Source of the DNA: Candidatus Woesearchaeota archaeon
GTDB taxonomy: Archaea > Nanobdellota > Nanobdellia > Pacearchaeales > GW2011-AR1
Direction: 5' to 3'
NCBI GenBank assembly: GCA_964516745.1
Contig: CAZEYD010000004.1
Coordinates: 7,972-71,971 of the forward strand
Length of the DNA: 64,000 nt
Both the position numbers and the translations under genes were made by a program. Shown piece after piece: positions 18,685 to 29,800 of the stretch (position 1 is its first letter; each line of letters starts with the position of its first letter). The notes beneath the pieces were generated by a model. It had not been told where the DNA came from. It saw nothing but the letters and a program-made list of their open reading frames with translations, and made no database searches.

Positions 18685-18939
18685 ATGGGTTGGATTGAAT
18701 TAATTGGTTTTACTGCTGGGTTAATTGTTTCTTTGTCTTTATTGCCTCAGGTAGTAAAATCTTTGAAGAGTAAGAAGACGAAGGATTTGTCAATTATGTG
18801 GTTATTGATAAGCTTGTTTGCGCAAGTTTTATGGGCAACTTATGGTATTTTGAAGGGTGCTTGGCCTTTGCTCGTGACAAGTATTGTTGTTTCAATTATG
18901 AATTTTGTTTTGATTGGTTTGAAACGAAAGTATGGTTGA
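18685..18939 (+). CDS. PQ-loop / SemiSWEET-like 3-TM membrane protein
   Basis: 84 aa with three TM helices. An LLPQ motif ends TM1 and is followed by a basic loop, as in SemiSWEET/PQ-loop transporters. Confidence 0.55.
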   Translation: MGWIELIGFTAGLIVSLSLLPQVVKSLKSKKTKDLSIMWLLISLFAQVLWATYGILKGAWPLLVTSIVVSIMNFVLIGLKRKYG

Positions 18940-19001
18940 GGAAACAAGTTGAATAGTATGTTTTAAATGAAATAAAGATTTATTAATGATGATGATTTCT
19001 T

Positions 19002-19340
19002 TTGTTAATGATACCTGATGTTTATAGAGATGAAAAGATTGATTTTAATGAAGTTGCAAAATATATAATTCAAAGAGGAGTTTATCCTTTTCCTAATGAT
19101 GAAGATAGTTTTCCTTTAGAAACTCGTGTAATTTCAGGAAACGGTATGAAAGTTTATGTTTGTAATTTTGAAAAGAAAGGACAAGAATGGGATTATGATA
19201 ATAAGTTTTCAGAACTTTCCGCAGTGAAAGAGTATATTTCTGATGAAACAAAAATTGTAGTAATCTCTAATCCTAATTCGTCTTTTTTTGAAGTTGTTGA
19301 AGGAGATGTCTCTGATTTAGTGAAGATATTTCATAAATAA
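19002..19340 (+). CDS. hypothetical protein
   Basis: ORF only. No recognised motifs. Confidence 0.3.
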   Translation: MLMIPDVYRDEKIDFNEVAKYIIQRGVYPFPNDEDSFPLETRVISGNGMKVYVCNFEKKGQEWDYDNKFSELSAVKEYISDETKIVVISNPNSSFFEVVEGDVSDLVKIFHK

Positions 19341-19373
19341 TGATATGGGAATATAGGTTTTGGTGAATGTTTT

Positions 19374-19982
19374 TTATATAATAGAAATTCCAAGTCTTTT
19401 TAACAAAAAATTATAACAGATTATTATTGTGATTGTTAAGATTGTAAAGATAATTATCTTATGTTTCATTAAAAAGTTTCTTTTTTTCTTTTTCCCTTTT
19501 TTAACATCTATCATTTTATCTGCTAAATAAATTGATATAAAAGTTCCTAGTGCTGACAATATAATAATAATTAAGAATGGGAAAGGTGTGATTATTATAT
19601 GTTTGAATAAGGAGAGTAAAATTGTTTTATCATATAATGCTGGAAATCTTATTAATGTAAAGATGTTTAGACTTATAGCAAGAATCCATACTATCATTTC
19701 TGAATGAATCATTTTAATTCCAGTGATTAAACGTATTGGGAAATCAATTAGGAAGCCAGCATCTGCGATTGGTGTGCATAAAATGAAAAAGGACCACGAT
19801 AAAATACTTACCAGGAATCCATCTTTGATCCCGTGTGATTTGGATGCGAAGAAGAAATAAGTTACTAAAAGAATTATAATTGAGGCAAATTTGATTTCAG
19901 AATGTTTATCAAATAGATTTCTTATTCTTAGAAGTGCCTGATTCTTTTTTTTAATAATGTTATTTAATAGATCCATAAACAT
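19374..19982 (-). CDS. hypothetical polytopic membrane protein
   Basis: Multiple hydrophobic helices. No recognised catalytic motifs. Confidence 0.4.
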   Translation of the reverse strand: MFMDLLNNIIKKKNQALLRIRNLFDKHSEIKFASIIILLVTYFFFASKSHGIKDGFLVSILSWSFFILCTPIADAGFLIDFPIRLITGIKMIHSEMIVWILAISLNIFTLIRFPALYDKTILLSLFKHIIITPFPFLIIIILSALGTFISIYLADKMIDVKKGKKKKRNFLMKHKIIIFTILTITIIICYNFLLKRLGISII

Positions 19983-20070
19983 TGAATTCCTTAGAATTAT
20001 TTAAATTTATTGAATAGAGGATTCCCAATTTTTATAAACTAGTAATCACAAAAAAGATGAAGAGGTTATT

Positions 20071-21189
20071 ATGAATAAAAAATTGTGGGTTGCTGCGTTT
20101 ACTTTGACTGGTTCTATTATTGGTGCTGGTATTCTTGGTTTGCCTTATGTATTTTCTAAGATTGGTCTTGGTGTTGGTTTGGCGTATTTATTATTCTTAG
20201 GACTTGCTATGATGCTTGTTTATTTATATTTGGGAGAAGTTGCTTTGAGCGTTAAATCTAATCATCAGTTACCTGGTTATGCGGAAAAGTTTTTGGGTAA
20301 GAAAGGAAAAATGTTAATGATTATTGTGATGTTATTTGCGGTTCATTCTTCACTTCTTGCTTATTTGTTGGGTGTTGGAAAGTCTCTTTCCGCTATGTTT
20401 TTTGGGAATTATATTTATACTATTATATTTTCTATCTTATTTTGGATTCTTATGTCATCTTTGTTAAAAGGCGGTTTAAAGGAGTTAAAGAAAGCTGAAC
20501 CATATGGTGTTTTGGCGATTGCCTTGATTATTTTGATAATATTTTTTATTTTTGGTTCTAGAATTGATATTAGTAATTTAACGTTTTTTGATAGTTCTTT
20601 TATATTTTTGCCGATTGGTGTTATTATTTTTGCGTTTTTAGGTTTTACAACTATTCCTATATTGAAAACGGAGTTAAAGGGAAATGAGAAATTATTGAAA
20701 AAGGCAATTATTATTGGTGTTACAATCCCAATTGTTTTGTATTCTTTGTTTGTTTTTACTGTAGTTGGTTTTATGGGAAGAGAAGTTGCTGAAATTGTTA
20801 CTTTGACTGTTGGGCTTGGTCCTATTGCGAATATACTTGGTATTTTTACTATGTTTACTAGTTATTTGGTTATGTCGTTTTCTATTTTTGATATGTATAA
20901 GTATGATTTGAAGTTGACTTCGGGAACGTCGTATCTGTTGTCTATAGCGGTTCCTATTTTATTGTTTTTGCTTATTAGCTTTTTAGGGGTGAAGAGTTTT
21001 ATTAGTATTCTTGGTTTCGGTGGAGTTATTTCTGGAGGATGTATTGGTATAATGATTCTGTTGATGAATTATAAGGCTAAGAAGACACGTAAGAGTAAAC
21101 CTGCTTATTCACTTCCGATTAATATTCCAATTATGATTCTTATTAGTTTGATATTTATTGCTGCGGTTATTTTGCAACTGTTTTTCTAA
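20071..21189 (+). CDS. amino acid permease-like transporter (about 11 TM)
   Basis: The N-terminal GSIIGAGILGLPYVF motif is typical of amino-acid transporters (aromatic/AAAP-like). A GAGGT RBS lies 7 nt before the ATG. Confidence 0.55.
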   Translation: MNKKLWVAAFTLTGSIIGAGILGLPYVFSKIGLGVGLAYLLFLGLAMMLVYLYLGEVALSVKSNHQLPGYAEKFLGKKGKMLMIIVMLFAVHSSLLAYLLGVGKSLSAMFFGNYIYTIIFSILFWILMSSLLKGGLKELKKAEPYGVLAIALIILIIFFIFGSRIDISNLTFFDSSFIFLPIGVIIFAFLGFTTIPILKTELKGNEKLLKKAIIIGVTIPIVLYSLFVFTVVGFMGREVAEIVTLTVGLGPIANILGIFTMFTSYLVMSFSIFDMYKYDLKLTSGTSYLLSIAVPILLFLLISFLGVKSFISILGFGGVISGGCIGIMILLMNYKAKKTRKSKPAYSLPINIPIMILISLIFIAAVILQLFF

Positions 21190-21235
21190 ACAAATCTTTA
21201 TAAATTCTTTAATTTGTATAATATTAAGAGGATAC

Positions 21236-23002
21236 ATGGTTGGAAACATATTTTTTGAAATTGGTTTAGTTATTATAATTGCGATGCTGGTTACTGCTGT
21301 TGTTAGAATGTTTAAACAGCCTTTGATTATTGGTTATATTTTGAGTGGTATTGTTGCGGGTCCTTATTTGTTTAATATTTTAAATTCACATGAAGTTATT
21401 GAGAGTTTGGCTAGTGTTGGAATTACTCTTTTACTTTTTATTGTTGGTTTAGGTTTGAATCCTAAAATGATTAAAGATGTCGGAAAAGTTTCTATATTGA
21501 CTGGTATTGGTCAGGTTTTAATTACTGCTGTTATTGGTTATTTTATTGGTATTGGTTTAGGTTTCTCGCAGATTGTTTCTGCTTATATTGCTGTTGCCTT
21601 AACTTTTAGTAGTACGATTATTATTATGAAATTATTATCTGATAAGGGAGATTTGGATAATTTGTATGGTAGAATTGCGATTGGTTTTTTGATTGTTCAG
21701 GATTTAATTGTTGCAATTGCTCTTATTTTCATTTCATCAATTTCCAAGGGCGGTGGTGCTTTGTTGTTTGGTAAATCGATTGGGATTATTGTGTTGATGA
21801 TAGTTGGTGTTTTGTTGTTTAGTCATTTTGTTTTGACAAAGATGATGAAGAGTATTGCTAAATCTCAAGAATTTTTGTTGTTGTTTGCTTTGGCGTGGTG
21901 TTTTGCAATTTGTGCTATGTTTTCTGTGTTTAATTTTCCTATTGAAATTGGCGCCTTGCTTGCTGGTATTTCTTTAGCTTCTGTTCCGTATAAAATAGAA
22001 ATTAGTTCTAAGTTGAAGCCGTTGAGAGATTTCTTTTTGATTTTGTTCTTTATTTCTTTGGGTGCTCAAGTTTCTTTTGTAGATTTAGAAGTTTATATTA
22101 AACCTATTGTTATTTTTTCTTTGTTTGTGTTGATTGGAAATCCCTTGATTATGATGTTTTTGATGAGATTCTTGGGATACAAGAAGAAAACTGGATTTAA
22201 AATTGGATTGACTGTCGCTCAAATTAGTGAGTTTTCATTAATTTTGATTGCTTTGGGTATTAGTGTTGGTCACTTACCATCTGAAATTTTGTCTTTAGTT
22301 ACGATAATTGGATTGATTACAATAATTGGGTCTTCATATATGATTTTGTATTCTGATAAATTGTATAATATATTTTCTAAATATCTAAAGATTTTTGAGA
22401 GAAAAGGACGTAAGGTTGATGAGCATAAATATTGTAGTGATTGTGAACATGAAATTATTTTATTTGGTTATAATAGAATAGGATCCGATATTTTGGAATC
22501 TGTAAAAAAAATGAAGAAAAAAATATTGATTGTTGATTTTGATCCTGAAACTGTTTTGGAATTGGCTAAAAATGGTTATGATACGATGTATGGTGATGCG
22601 GGTGATATTGAATTGTTAAATGAAATCAATTTTTCAAAGGCAAAAATGGTTATATCGACTATTTCAGATAGTGATGCTGATATTCTGTTATTAAATCGAG
22701 TTTATAATCACAATAAGAAAGCTATTACTATTGTTGTTTCTCAACAGATTGATGAGGCTATTGAAATGTATAATCAAGGTGCAACTTATGTTGTTTTACC
22801 GCATTTTATTGGTGGAAATTTTACTTCTACAATGATTGAAAGATATGGTCTGAATAGCAAAATGTTTTTGAAAGAAAAATTAGAACATCTAAAATATTTG
22901 AATGGGAAAAAATTTCGAAATAATAATTCTAATAATAAAAAAGATTTAAAGAAACCGAAAAATAAAGAAAAACTAGCTAAAACCAAAAGAAATAATTTAT
23001 AA
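21236..23002 (+). CDS. Kef-type K+/H+ antiporter (CPA2) with C-terminal RCK/TrkA-N domain; copy 1
   Basis: N-terminal CPA2 membrane domain. The C-terminal Rossmann segment LFGYNRIGSDILE...ILIVDFDPE is typical of TrkA-N. The in-frame ATG at 21236 has a GAGG RBS; the track start at 21158 overlaps the upstream gene. Confidence 0.8.
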   Translation: MVGNIFFEIGLVIIIAMLVTAVVRMFKQPLIIGYILSGIVAGPYLFNILNSHEVIESLASVGITLLLFIVGLGLNPKMIKDVGKVSILTGIGQVLITAVIGYFIGIGLGFSQIVSAYIAVALTFSSTIIIMKLLSDKGDLDNLYGRIAIGFLIVQDLIVAIALIFISSISKGGGALLFGKSIGIIVLMIVGVLLFSHFVLTKMMKSIAKSQEFLLLFALAWCFAICAMFSVFNFPIEIGALLAGISLASVPYKIEISSKLKPLRDFFLILFFISLGAQVSFVDLEVYIKPIVIFSLFVLIGNPLIMMFLMRFLGYKKKTGFKIGLTVAQISEFSLILIALGISVGHLPSEILSLVTIIGLITIIGSSYMILYSDKLYNIFSKYLKIFERKGRKVDEHKYCSDCEHEIILFGYNRIGSDILESVKKMKKKILIVDFDPETVLELAKNGYDTMYGDAGDIELLNEINFSKAKMVISTISDSDADILLLNRVYNHNKKAITIVVSQQIDEAIEMYNQGATYVVLPHFIGGNFTSTMIERYGLNSKMFLKEKLEHLKYLNGKKFRNNNSNNKKDLKKPKNKEKLAKTKRNNL

Positions 23003-23024
23003 ATATTGAAATATATATTTTTCT

Positions 23025-25703
23025 ATGAAAAGAGGAATGTTTTTTTTATGTTGTGTTTTTATGTTGATAAATTTGGTGTCAGCAGATGTTGTAGTGAATA
23101 ACGTTAATGTAGAAAATGATTATCTTTTTGGGGAGATGATCAAAGGGAATTTGAATTTATCTTTTAGTGATTTAAATGTTGATACTACATTATATTCCAG
23201 TAGAGGAGAATCGATTAAATTATTAGATTTAATCAATAGTAATGGTTTGGATTCAACATGCATTCCATATTCATGTGAACCTGGTTATGTTGTTACTTCG
23301 TCTAGATTAAGTAGAGATATTATATTAACTAAAAATGAACAAGATTTAGTTGGGTTTTTTCTTAATGGAACAGATGTTGGTGTTTCGAGTATCTATTTCA
23401 GTTTATCAAGTGATTTTAATGAAGGATTTGATATACCTTTACAAATAGATTTTTTTAATTATTTATGGAGTTTTTCTCAGTTTTCAGATAACTTATTTTC
23501 TACTATAGATTACTCTTATTATTCTCCGAGTTCTGGTTCATTCAAAAATTCAACTCTTTCTTCTACTAAAGCTTACTGTTCTGAATTCAATATTCCAAAA
23601 ACTGATAATTTGATTATTGGTGCTGATTTATCAAATATTGATTCTGTATTTGAAGAGACAATGTACTTATATTCTTCAGGATCAAGTCCTGGTGTGTTGG
23701 GAACTTGTGAAATTTCAAATATTTCTCAAGAGTGTAATATCTCAAGAGAGATGAGTGCGGGGAATTATTATGTATGTATTTATTCAGATAATCAAGCAAC
23801 AAATTATGTTTTGAAAGAGGAAAATTCTTCTTTAAATAAATCTGGATTTGAGACTACTCGTTCTAATTTTAATGTCCCAACTGAGAAAGTTGTTAATTAT
23901 GGGATTTATATGAGATATGCTGGTTATGCAGCTGCACCAACAATACTATTAACTCCGTCTAGCTTGAAATCAAGTGCAAATACATATTTGTATGATATGT
24001 ATGGAGATGATTGTTCTCATGGTTGTATTTTGCCAGTAAAATTTCTTTCGGGGGCGAATCAGAATATTAATTTAGAAAATGTATATATTGTCTATACCAA
24101 TGATAATGGGACGCAAAATCAAATTGAAATATCTTCATTATCGGAAAGCGATGCTGTTTTCTCTTTTGAAGGTAATTTAGATTTAGCATTGACAAAATTT
24201 CCTATTTTGAATAATGGGAATTATGTTTTGTCTATAGGTGGGCAGAAGATTTATGAAAATGTTACGAATGTAGTAATAGCACCAACGATTGAGGAAATTT
24301 ATCCTATAAATAATATTCCTACTGGTGTTGAAATTGAATTCAGAACTCAAATTGATAATGCGGATGGTAAAAATATTACATATAATTGGAAAATTCCTGA
24401 TGTATTTGAGAAAAATACTACGGTTAATACTATGAAATATACTTTTTATGTTGCATCTAGTTTTTTGTTAAATTTAACGATTATTTCTGATAGTGGCTAT
24501 ACGGCGTCAAAAGTAGTTACTATAAAGATTGTTTCACCTGATAAAAAATATTTGGAAAGTGCCTATAAAACTCAAAGTATTGTTTTTACTAATATTATGG
24601 AAGACATTGAATCTTTACCTATTTGGTATACTAATGATGTTTGGGAATTGTTGAATATTACTTATTATAAAGGAGAGTTGGAAAGATTGGGTAGAATATT
24701 GAATGTGTCGGAGATGACCGAAGCTCAAAAGAATGATGTTATATTGAGCTTATATAACTTTGATTTGAGTGATAGTCTTTTTCAAACAGATATTCGTTTA
24801 AATTCACTTCATACTCAAAATAAAGAAGTGAACTTACAAACAATAGTGGATTTTTTAGGTATAACTTTGAGGAAAAGTTTAGATGAATACGCTTTAGCAT
24901 TGTTTAATTGGCAGAGTCAATATATTGATTCAAAATATTCTACATATGTTTTAACGTCAAATAGTATTTCTGGTGCAAAGTCTAGTCTGTTTAGAGTATA
25001 TGATTTAGACATAAATTCTAGTTATGTCGATAAGTCATATCTCATTTTAGAAAGAGCTATTGACGATTTAACATTTGAAGAATCTTATGATGCAAAAACA
25101 CAGGGTAGTAATACTATTATTGGATTAGGTGTAAATGAAAAAAATAAAAATATTAAATTTTATGCTAATGGATTAGATGAAGTTGATATGTTTTTCGCAA
25201 CGAATTTAAATGACTTGGTTTTAGAAAGCGATATTGATAATATCTGTAATAATGATGGGATTTGTGATTCTCAAACAGGAGAAAATTTTAGAAATTGTCG
25301 TTCTGATTGTATACCTGTTGGCTCTTCCGTAAAGTATATTATTTTGATATTGTTTCTTGTTCTTTGTATGTATACCGGATTACAATTTTGGTATTCTAGA
25401 TATTATGAAAATTCACTGTTTAAAGAGAAGACACAGCTAAGTAACTTATTAAAATTCATTGAGATTTCTATGAAAAACGGTTCGAAAGAATCTGAAATTA
25501 AAAACAAATTATTGATTGAGGGTTGGGCAGAGGAAAGAATTATTTATGCTATAAATAAGAATAAAGGTAAAAAGATTTTACCAGAAATTATTCCAATAAC
25601 CAAAATTATTAAGTTGGGGAAAGAAATGTTAGAAAAATATAAATCTAAGATGGATAAAAAGAAAGAAGTTGAAGTCAAACATCCTACTACTTATAATAGA
25701 TAA
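23025..25703 (+). CDS. large secreted/surface protein with signal peptide and C-terminal TM anchor
   Basis: N-terminal signal (MKRGMFFLCCVFMLINLVSA). Asn/Ser/Thr-rich. A single C-terminal TM (YIILILFLVLCMYTGLQFW) is followed by a short cytoplasmic tail. Confidence 0.5.
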   Translation: MKRGMFFLCCVFMLINLVSADVVVNNVNVENDYLFGEMIKGNLNLSFSDLNVDTTLYSSRGESIKLLDLINSNGLDSTCIPYSCEPGYVVTSSRLSRDIILTKNEQDLVGFFLNGTDVGVSSIYFSLSSDFNEGFDIPLQIDFFNYLWSFSQFSDNLFSTIDYSYYSPSSGSFKNSTLSSTKAYCSEFNIPKTDNLIIGADLSNIDSVFEETMYLYSSGSSPGVLGTCEISNISQECNISREMSAGNYYVCIYSDNQATNYVLKEENSSLNKSGFETTRSNFNVPTEKVVNYGIYMRYAGYAAAPTILLTPSSLKSSANTYLYDMYGDDCSHGCILPVKFLSGANQNINLENVYIVYTNDNGTQNQIEISSLSESDAVFSFEGNLDLALTKFPILNNGNYVLSIGGQKIYENVTNVVIAPTIEEIYPINNIPTGVEIEFRTQIDNADGKNITYNWKIPDVFEKNTTVNTMKYTFYVASSFLLNLTIISDSGYTASKVVTIKIVSPDKKYLESAYKTQSIVFTNIMEDIESLPIWYTNDVWELLNITYYKGELERLGRILNVSEMTEAQKNDVILSLYNFDLSDSLFQTDIRLNSLHTQNKEVNLQTIVDFLGITLRKSLDEYALALFNWQSQYIDSKYSTYVLTSNSISGAKSSLFRVYDLDINSSYVDKSYLILERAIDDLTFEESYDAKTQGSNTIIGLGVNEKNKNIKFYANGLDEVDMFFATNLNDLVLESDIDNICNNDGICDSQTGENFRNCRSDCIPVGSSVKYIILILFLVLCMYTGLQFWYSRYYENSLFKEKTQLSNLLKFIEISMKNGSKESEIKNKLLIEGWAEERIIYAINKNKGKKILPEIIPITKIIKLGKEMLEKYKSKMDKKKEVEVKHPTTYNR

Positions 25704-25756
25704 CAAAGTTGTAGAAAGATTAATAAATATCAAGGTCGAATTTGAATTAAGAGAAG

Positions 25757-26401
25757 ATGATAAAAATAATTAAAAATTTCGCGCGTAGGCTTTTTAACAG
25801 CCTTCTTAAGAAGAAGGGTGAGGTTAAACTAGGTTTTTATGGTTCACCTAATGCTGGGAAAACATCTTTAGCGAATGTTATTTGTCAGGATTGGTTGGGT
25901 GAGGATTTAGGAACTGTTAGCAAAGTACCACACGAAACTAGAGAGGTACAAGTAAAAGAAAAAGTTATGATTGAGAGAGAAGGTAAAAAAATTGAGTTTA
26001 AATTGATTGATACTCCCGGGATTGCTACAAAAATAGATTTTGAAGATTTTTTAAAATATGGAATGAAGAAAAAAGATGCTCAAGTGCGAGCGAAAGAAGC
26101 TACTCAAGGGATTATTGAATCTATTAAATGGTTAGATGATATGGATGCTGTTATTATTTTGATTGACGCTACTGCAAATCCATATTCTCAAGTAAATATT
26201 ACTATCATTGGTAATTTAGTTGCTAGGAAAATTCCCGTATTAATTGTTGCGAATAAGATAGATTTAAAAAAATCAAACCTTAAGAAGATAGAAGGCGCAT
26301 TTCCTGAATATGATGTTATTGGGATTTCAGCTAAAACTGGTGAAAACTTGGATGAGTTTTATGAAGAACTTTTTAAGTTAATTAAGAAGGCTAAAAAATA
26401 A
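25757..26401 (+). CDS. small P-loop GTPase (Arf/Sar-like NAGKT P-loop; DTPG; NKID)
   Basis: G1 GSPNAGKTSL, G3 DTPG and G4 NKID are present. 214 aa. Confidence 0.65.
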   Translation: MIKIIKNFARRLFNSLLKKKGEVKLGFYGSPNAGKTSLANVICQDWLGEDLGTVSKVPHETREVQVKEKVMIEREGKKIEFKLIDTPGIATKIDFEDFLKYGMKKKDAQVRAKEATQGIIESIKWLDDMDAVIILIDATANPYSQVNITIIGNLVARKIPVLIVANKIDLKKSNLKKIEGAFPEYDVIGISAKTGENLDEFYEELFKLIKKAKK

Positions 26402-26402
26402 G

Positions 26403-26828
26403 ATGGTGCAAAGTAAAAAGGATGTAAAAAGAATTAAGAGAAAGAAATCTAAGAGTGATTTAACTATCCATTTTATGCCATATTCTGAAATTGCGACGAA
26501 AGATAGTATTAGTAGGGTAAAATTATTAATGGGATTAGTTTTAGATAATAAACTAATCGTTCTTCAAGGAAAATTAAAAGTTGATGAAGAAGCTCGTTTG
26601 ATTGAAAACTCTATGATGTTAATTGGTAATATTAAAGGTTTTCGAGGAATTGAAATCGCTACAATTGGGAATGGTGTTGATGGAGAAAACCTATTTCATA
26701 AAATTAGATATAATATTGCGCGTATTCTAGTCGGTGAACAGGATGCTATGACTATAATTGGTCCTGCTAGTGTTGTTAAAGAAATGAAGAAAGACCCCTC
26801 TAAGATTGAGGTACTACTACAGAAATAA
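26403..26828 (+). CDS. hypothetical protein translationally coupled to the GTPase (candidate DUF2073-like partner)
   Basis: The start lies 1 nt after the GTPase stop. 141 aa. No catalytic motifs. Assignment rests on genomic context only. Confidence 0.3.
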   Translation: MVQSKKDVKRIKRKKSKSDLTIHFMPYSEIATKDSISRVKLLMGLVLDNKLIVLQGKLKVDEEARLIENSMMLIGNIKGFRGIEIATIGNGVDGENLFHKIRYNIARILVGEQDAMTIIGPASVVKEMKKDPSKIEVLLQK

Positions 26829-26862
26829 TAATATTTATATAGTATAGAATCATACTTTTTTT

Positions 26863-29800
26863 ATGAAAGAGGTTAATTATCGATTTATTGGATTTATTTC
26901 AATAGTTTTGTTATTAGGTATAGTTTTGTTTTTTGTTGGATTGAAATATACAGGTCATGCTGTCGTGGGATATGAAGACTATATTGAAATACATAATTGT
27001 ACAGAGTTCCAAAATATTAGTGCTGATTTATCTGCAAATTATATTTTAAATAATAGCTTTAGTTGTAGTGGAATTAATCCTTTTACTCCTATTGGTAATA
27101 TATCAAAAGGATTCTATGGTGAATTGTATGGAAATGGAAATATAATTTCTGATATCACTGTTTCTAATATTAATAATTATGCTGGTATTTTTGCTATTGT
27201 TGAAGACGAATTTAATATATCTAACTTAATTATTTCTAACATTGTTATTAATGGTGACGAATCTGTTGGTGGTTTAATTGGATATATTCTTAGTGGTTCA
27301 TCAGGTTCTATTAATGATATTAGTTTAGTTAATGTTACGGTTAATGGCTCTAACTATGTTGGTGGTTTAGTTGGTTATTATGATACTTCATCTGACTTAA
27401 ATAACATTGATGCTGTTGGAATGAATATTACTGGAATGAAAGCTGGACAGAAGGGTGTTGGTGGTTTGGTCGGATATATGAAAACTAGTAGTTTAACTAG
27501 TAGCTCTTTTAGTGGTAATGTTACATCTGATACTAATGCTGTTGGTGGTTTAGTTGGATATTATTCTGGTGAAGGAATGATTAATGCATCTTATACTATT
27601 GATGCTAATATTAATGGAGAAAATAACACTGGTGGTTTAGTTGGATTGTTTGACGATGCTAGTAGTGATGGAATATTAAATTCTTATTCTAGTGGAACAG
27701 TTAATGGTTCTTATTTTGTTGGTGGTTTAATAGGAGATTTAGATGTAAGTGGAGTTTATGGAATTAGAAGATCATATTCTAATGCATCTGTTACGGGTCA
27801 TGATTATGTTGGTGGTTTAGTTGGTGAGGCTAATGAACCTGTAACAAGTTCTTATTTTAATGGTACAGTTGATGGTAATATGTTCATCGGTGGTTTAGTT
27901 GGATATAATGTTGCCACTTTGTCAAGTTCTTATTCTGTTGGTAATGTTACTGGGACATCTAATAATACTGGTGGTTTAGTGGGCTCTAATTATGGGACTG
28001 TGAGTGATTCTTACTCAGAGATGATTGTTGATGGAATTTCTCAAACTGGTGGTTTGGTTGGGTTTAATAATCATACAGTTAAAAATTCATTTTTTTCTGG
28101 AAATGTTACGTCGGATGAAGATTGTACAGCAGGGATTGTAGGTCTACATAATACTTCGGATATTGAAAACGATTTAAATAGATTATATTGGATTAATAAT
28201 ACAGATAATACAAATAATTGTTATTATAACTTAAATTGTAGTAATAATGTAACAAGAGGTGGGTGTACTCCCCAAGAAAATTTATCTTATTTCTTTAATT
28301 ATGATAATGAACCAATGGATTTAGATCGATCTTTGACAGGTTGGGATTTTTCTATATGGACCGGAGTATATAATGGGATATCTTTATTGAAATTTTTGTG
28401 GCAGGCAGAATGTTTAGTTAATAGTGATTGTTCTACTGGGCTTAGTTGTGTTGATTTGTTTTGTGAAGATACAACTCCTGTGTTGTCCGTATTAGATGGT
28501 TCTCCAGAGGATGGTGATGTTCTTATTATAAGTAGTGATGATACAATTATTAATGTGAGCATTTCTTCGTTAAAGTTAGATCATATTAATATTAATTGGA
28601 ATTCTACTATTCATAGTTGTTCCGTTGTTAGAGGATATTGTGATAACTTATTTAATGATAGAGAAAACTATGCTGATGGATTAAAATATCTTTTATCTTT
28701 TGATAGTCTTACTGAAGTGGGTTATGATTTTGTTTCTGGTGAGAGAATTGGAGTTCCTGAAGGAGGAGCGACAAAGATATTACAAGGGGGAAGATATGAT
28801 AGTGGTCTAGAATTTAGTGGTAGTGATAATGATAACAAATTTGTTATTGGGAGTGGTTTTAGTGGAAATTATTTTAGTGATAATTTTTCCACAGTTTTTT
28901 GGATAAAACCTAGTGTAGTTGGAGATACTAATGATCTTATTTTATCTAAGAAAAATGGTGCTGAGATTGATTATGAATTTATATTAGTAAATAATTCTGG
29001 AGATTATCAAGTCCAATTTAGATTATATAATTCTTCTACTAATTATGTGGAAGTTAGTAAGGCTGTTGAATTGAATAAATGGAATTATATTGTAGGGCAG
29101 TATGATAGTTCTGGTAACAAAATATCCTTAAGTGTTAATGATAATTTTACTGTTAACGAATCTGTATTTAATGGAAGAAAGACACAACCAAATTACGAAA
29201 TTATTTTAGGATATAATGATACGAAAGGTATGAGTGGCTCAGTATTAGATGAGGTAAGATTTTATAATAAATCTCTATCCGCTAGTGAAATTTCGGGTTT
29301 ATATTATATGGATTTTACGAAAGTTGATAGTGGTAATTGGTTATATACATTTAGCGATATGTTGAGTAGCGGAAGTTATGATTATCAAATTGAAGCTTAT
29401 GATGAAGTTTCTAAAAGTGGGACTTTTGATAAAATATCTTTTAGTGTTAGTAGTTTTTGTGGCGGTACGGGAACCGATATTGATCCTTATCAAATTTGTA
29501 ATTGTAATAGCTTAAATCAGGTTAGAGATTTTTTGAATAAGAGTTTTATTTTGAATAGTAGTATTAATTGTTTTGGTTTTGGTTTTGATTCTATTGGAAG
29601 TGAAACGGGTGCTTTTGATGGTACATTCAATGGTTCTGATTATGAAATAGGAAATCTAAGTGTTAGTGATGTTTCTAAAGAATATGTTTCTTTATTTGGA
29701 TATATTAATTCTTCAGGTAATGTTTTTGATTTAATAGTTTCTGATTCTTTTTTTAATGGATCTAATTATACTGCTTGTGTTGCTGGTTATTCTAAAGGTA

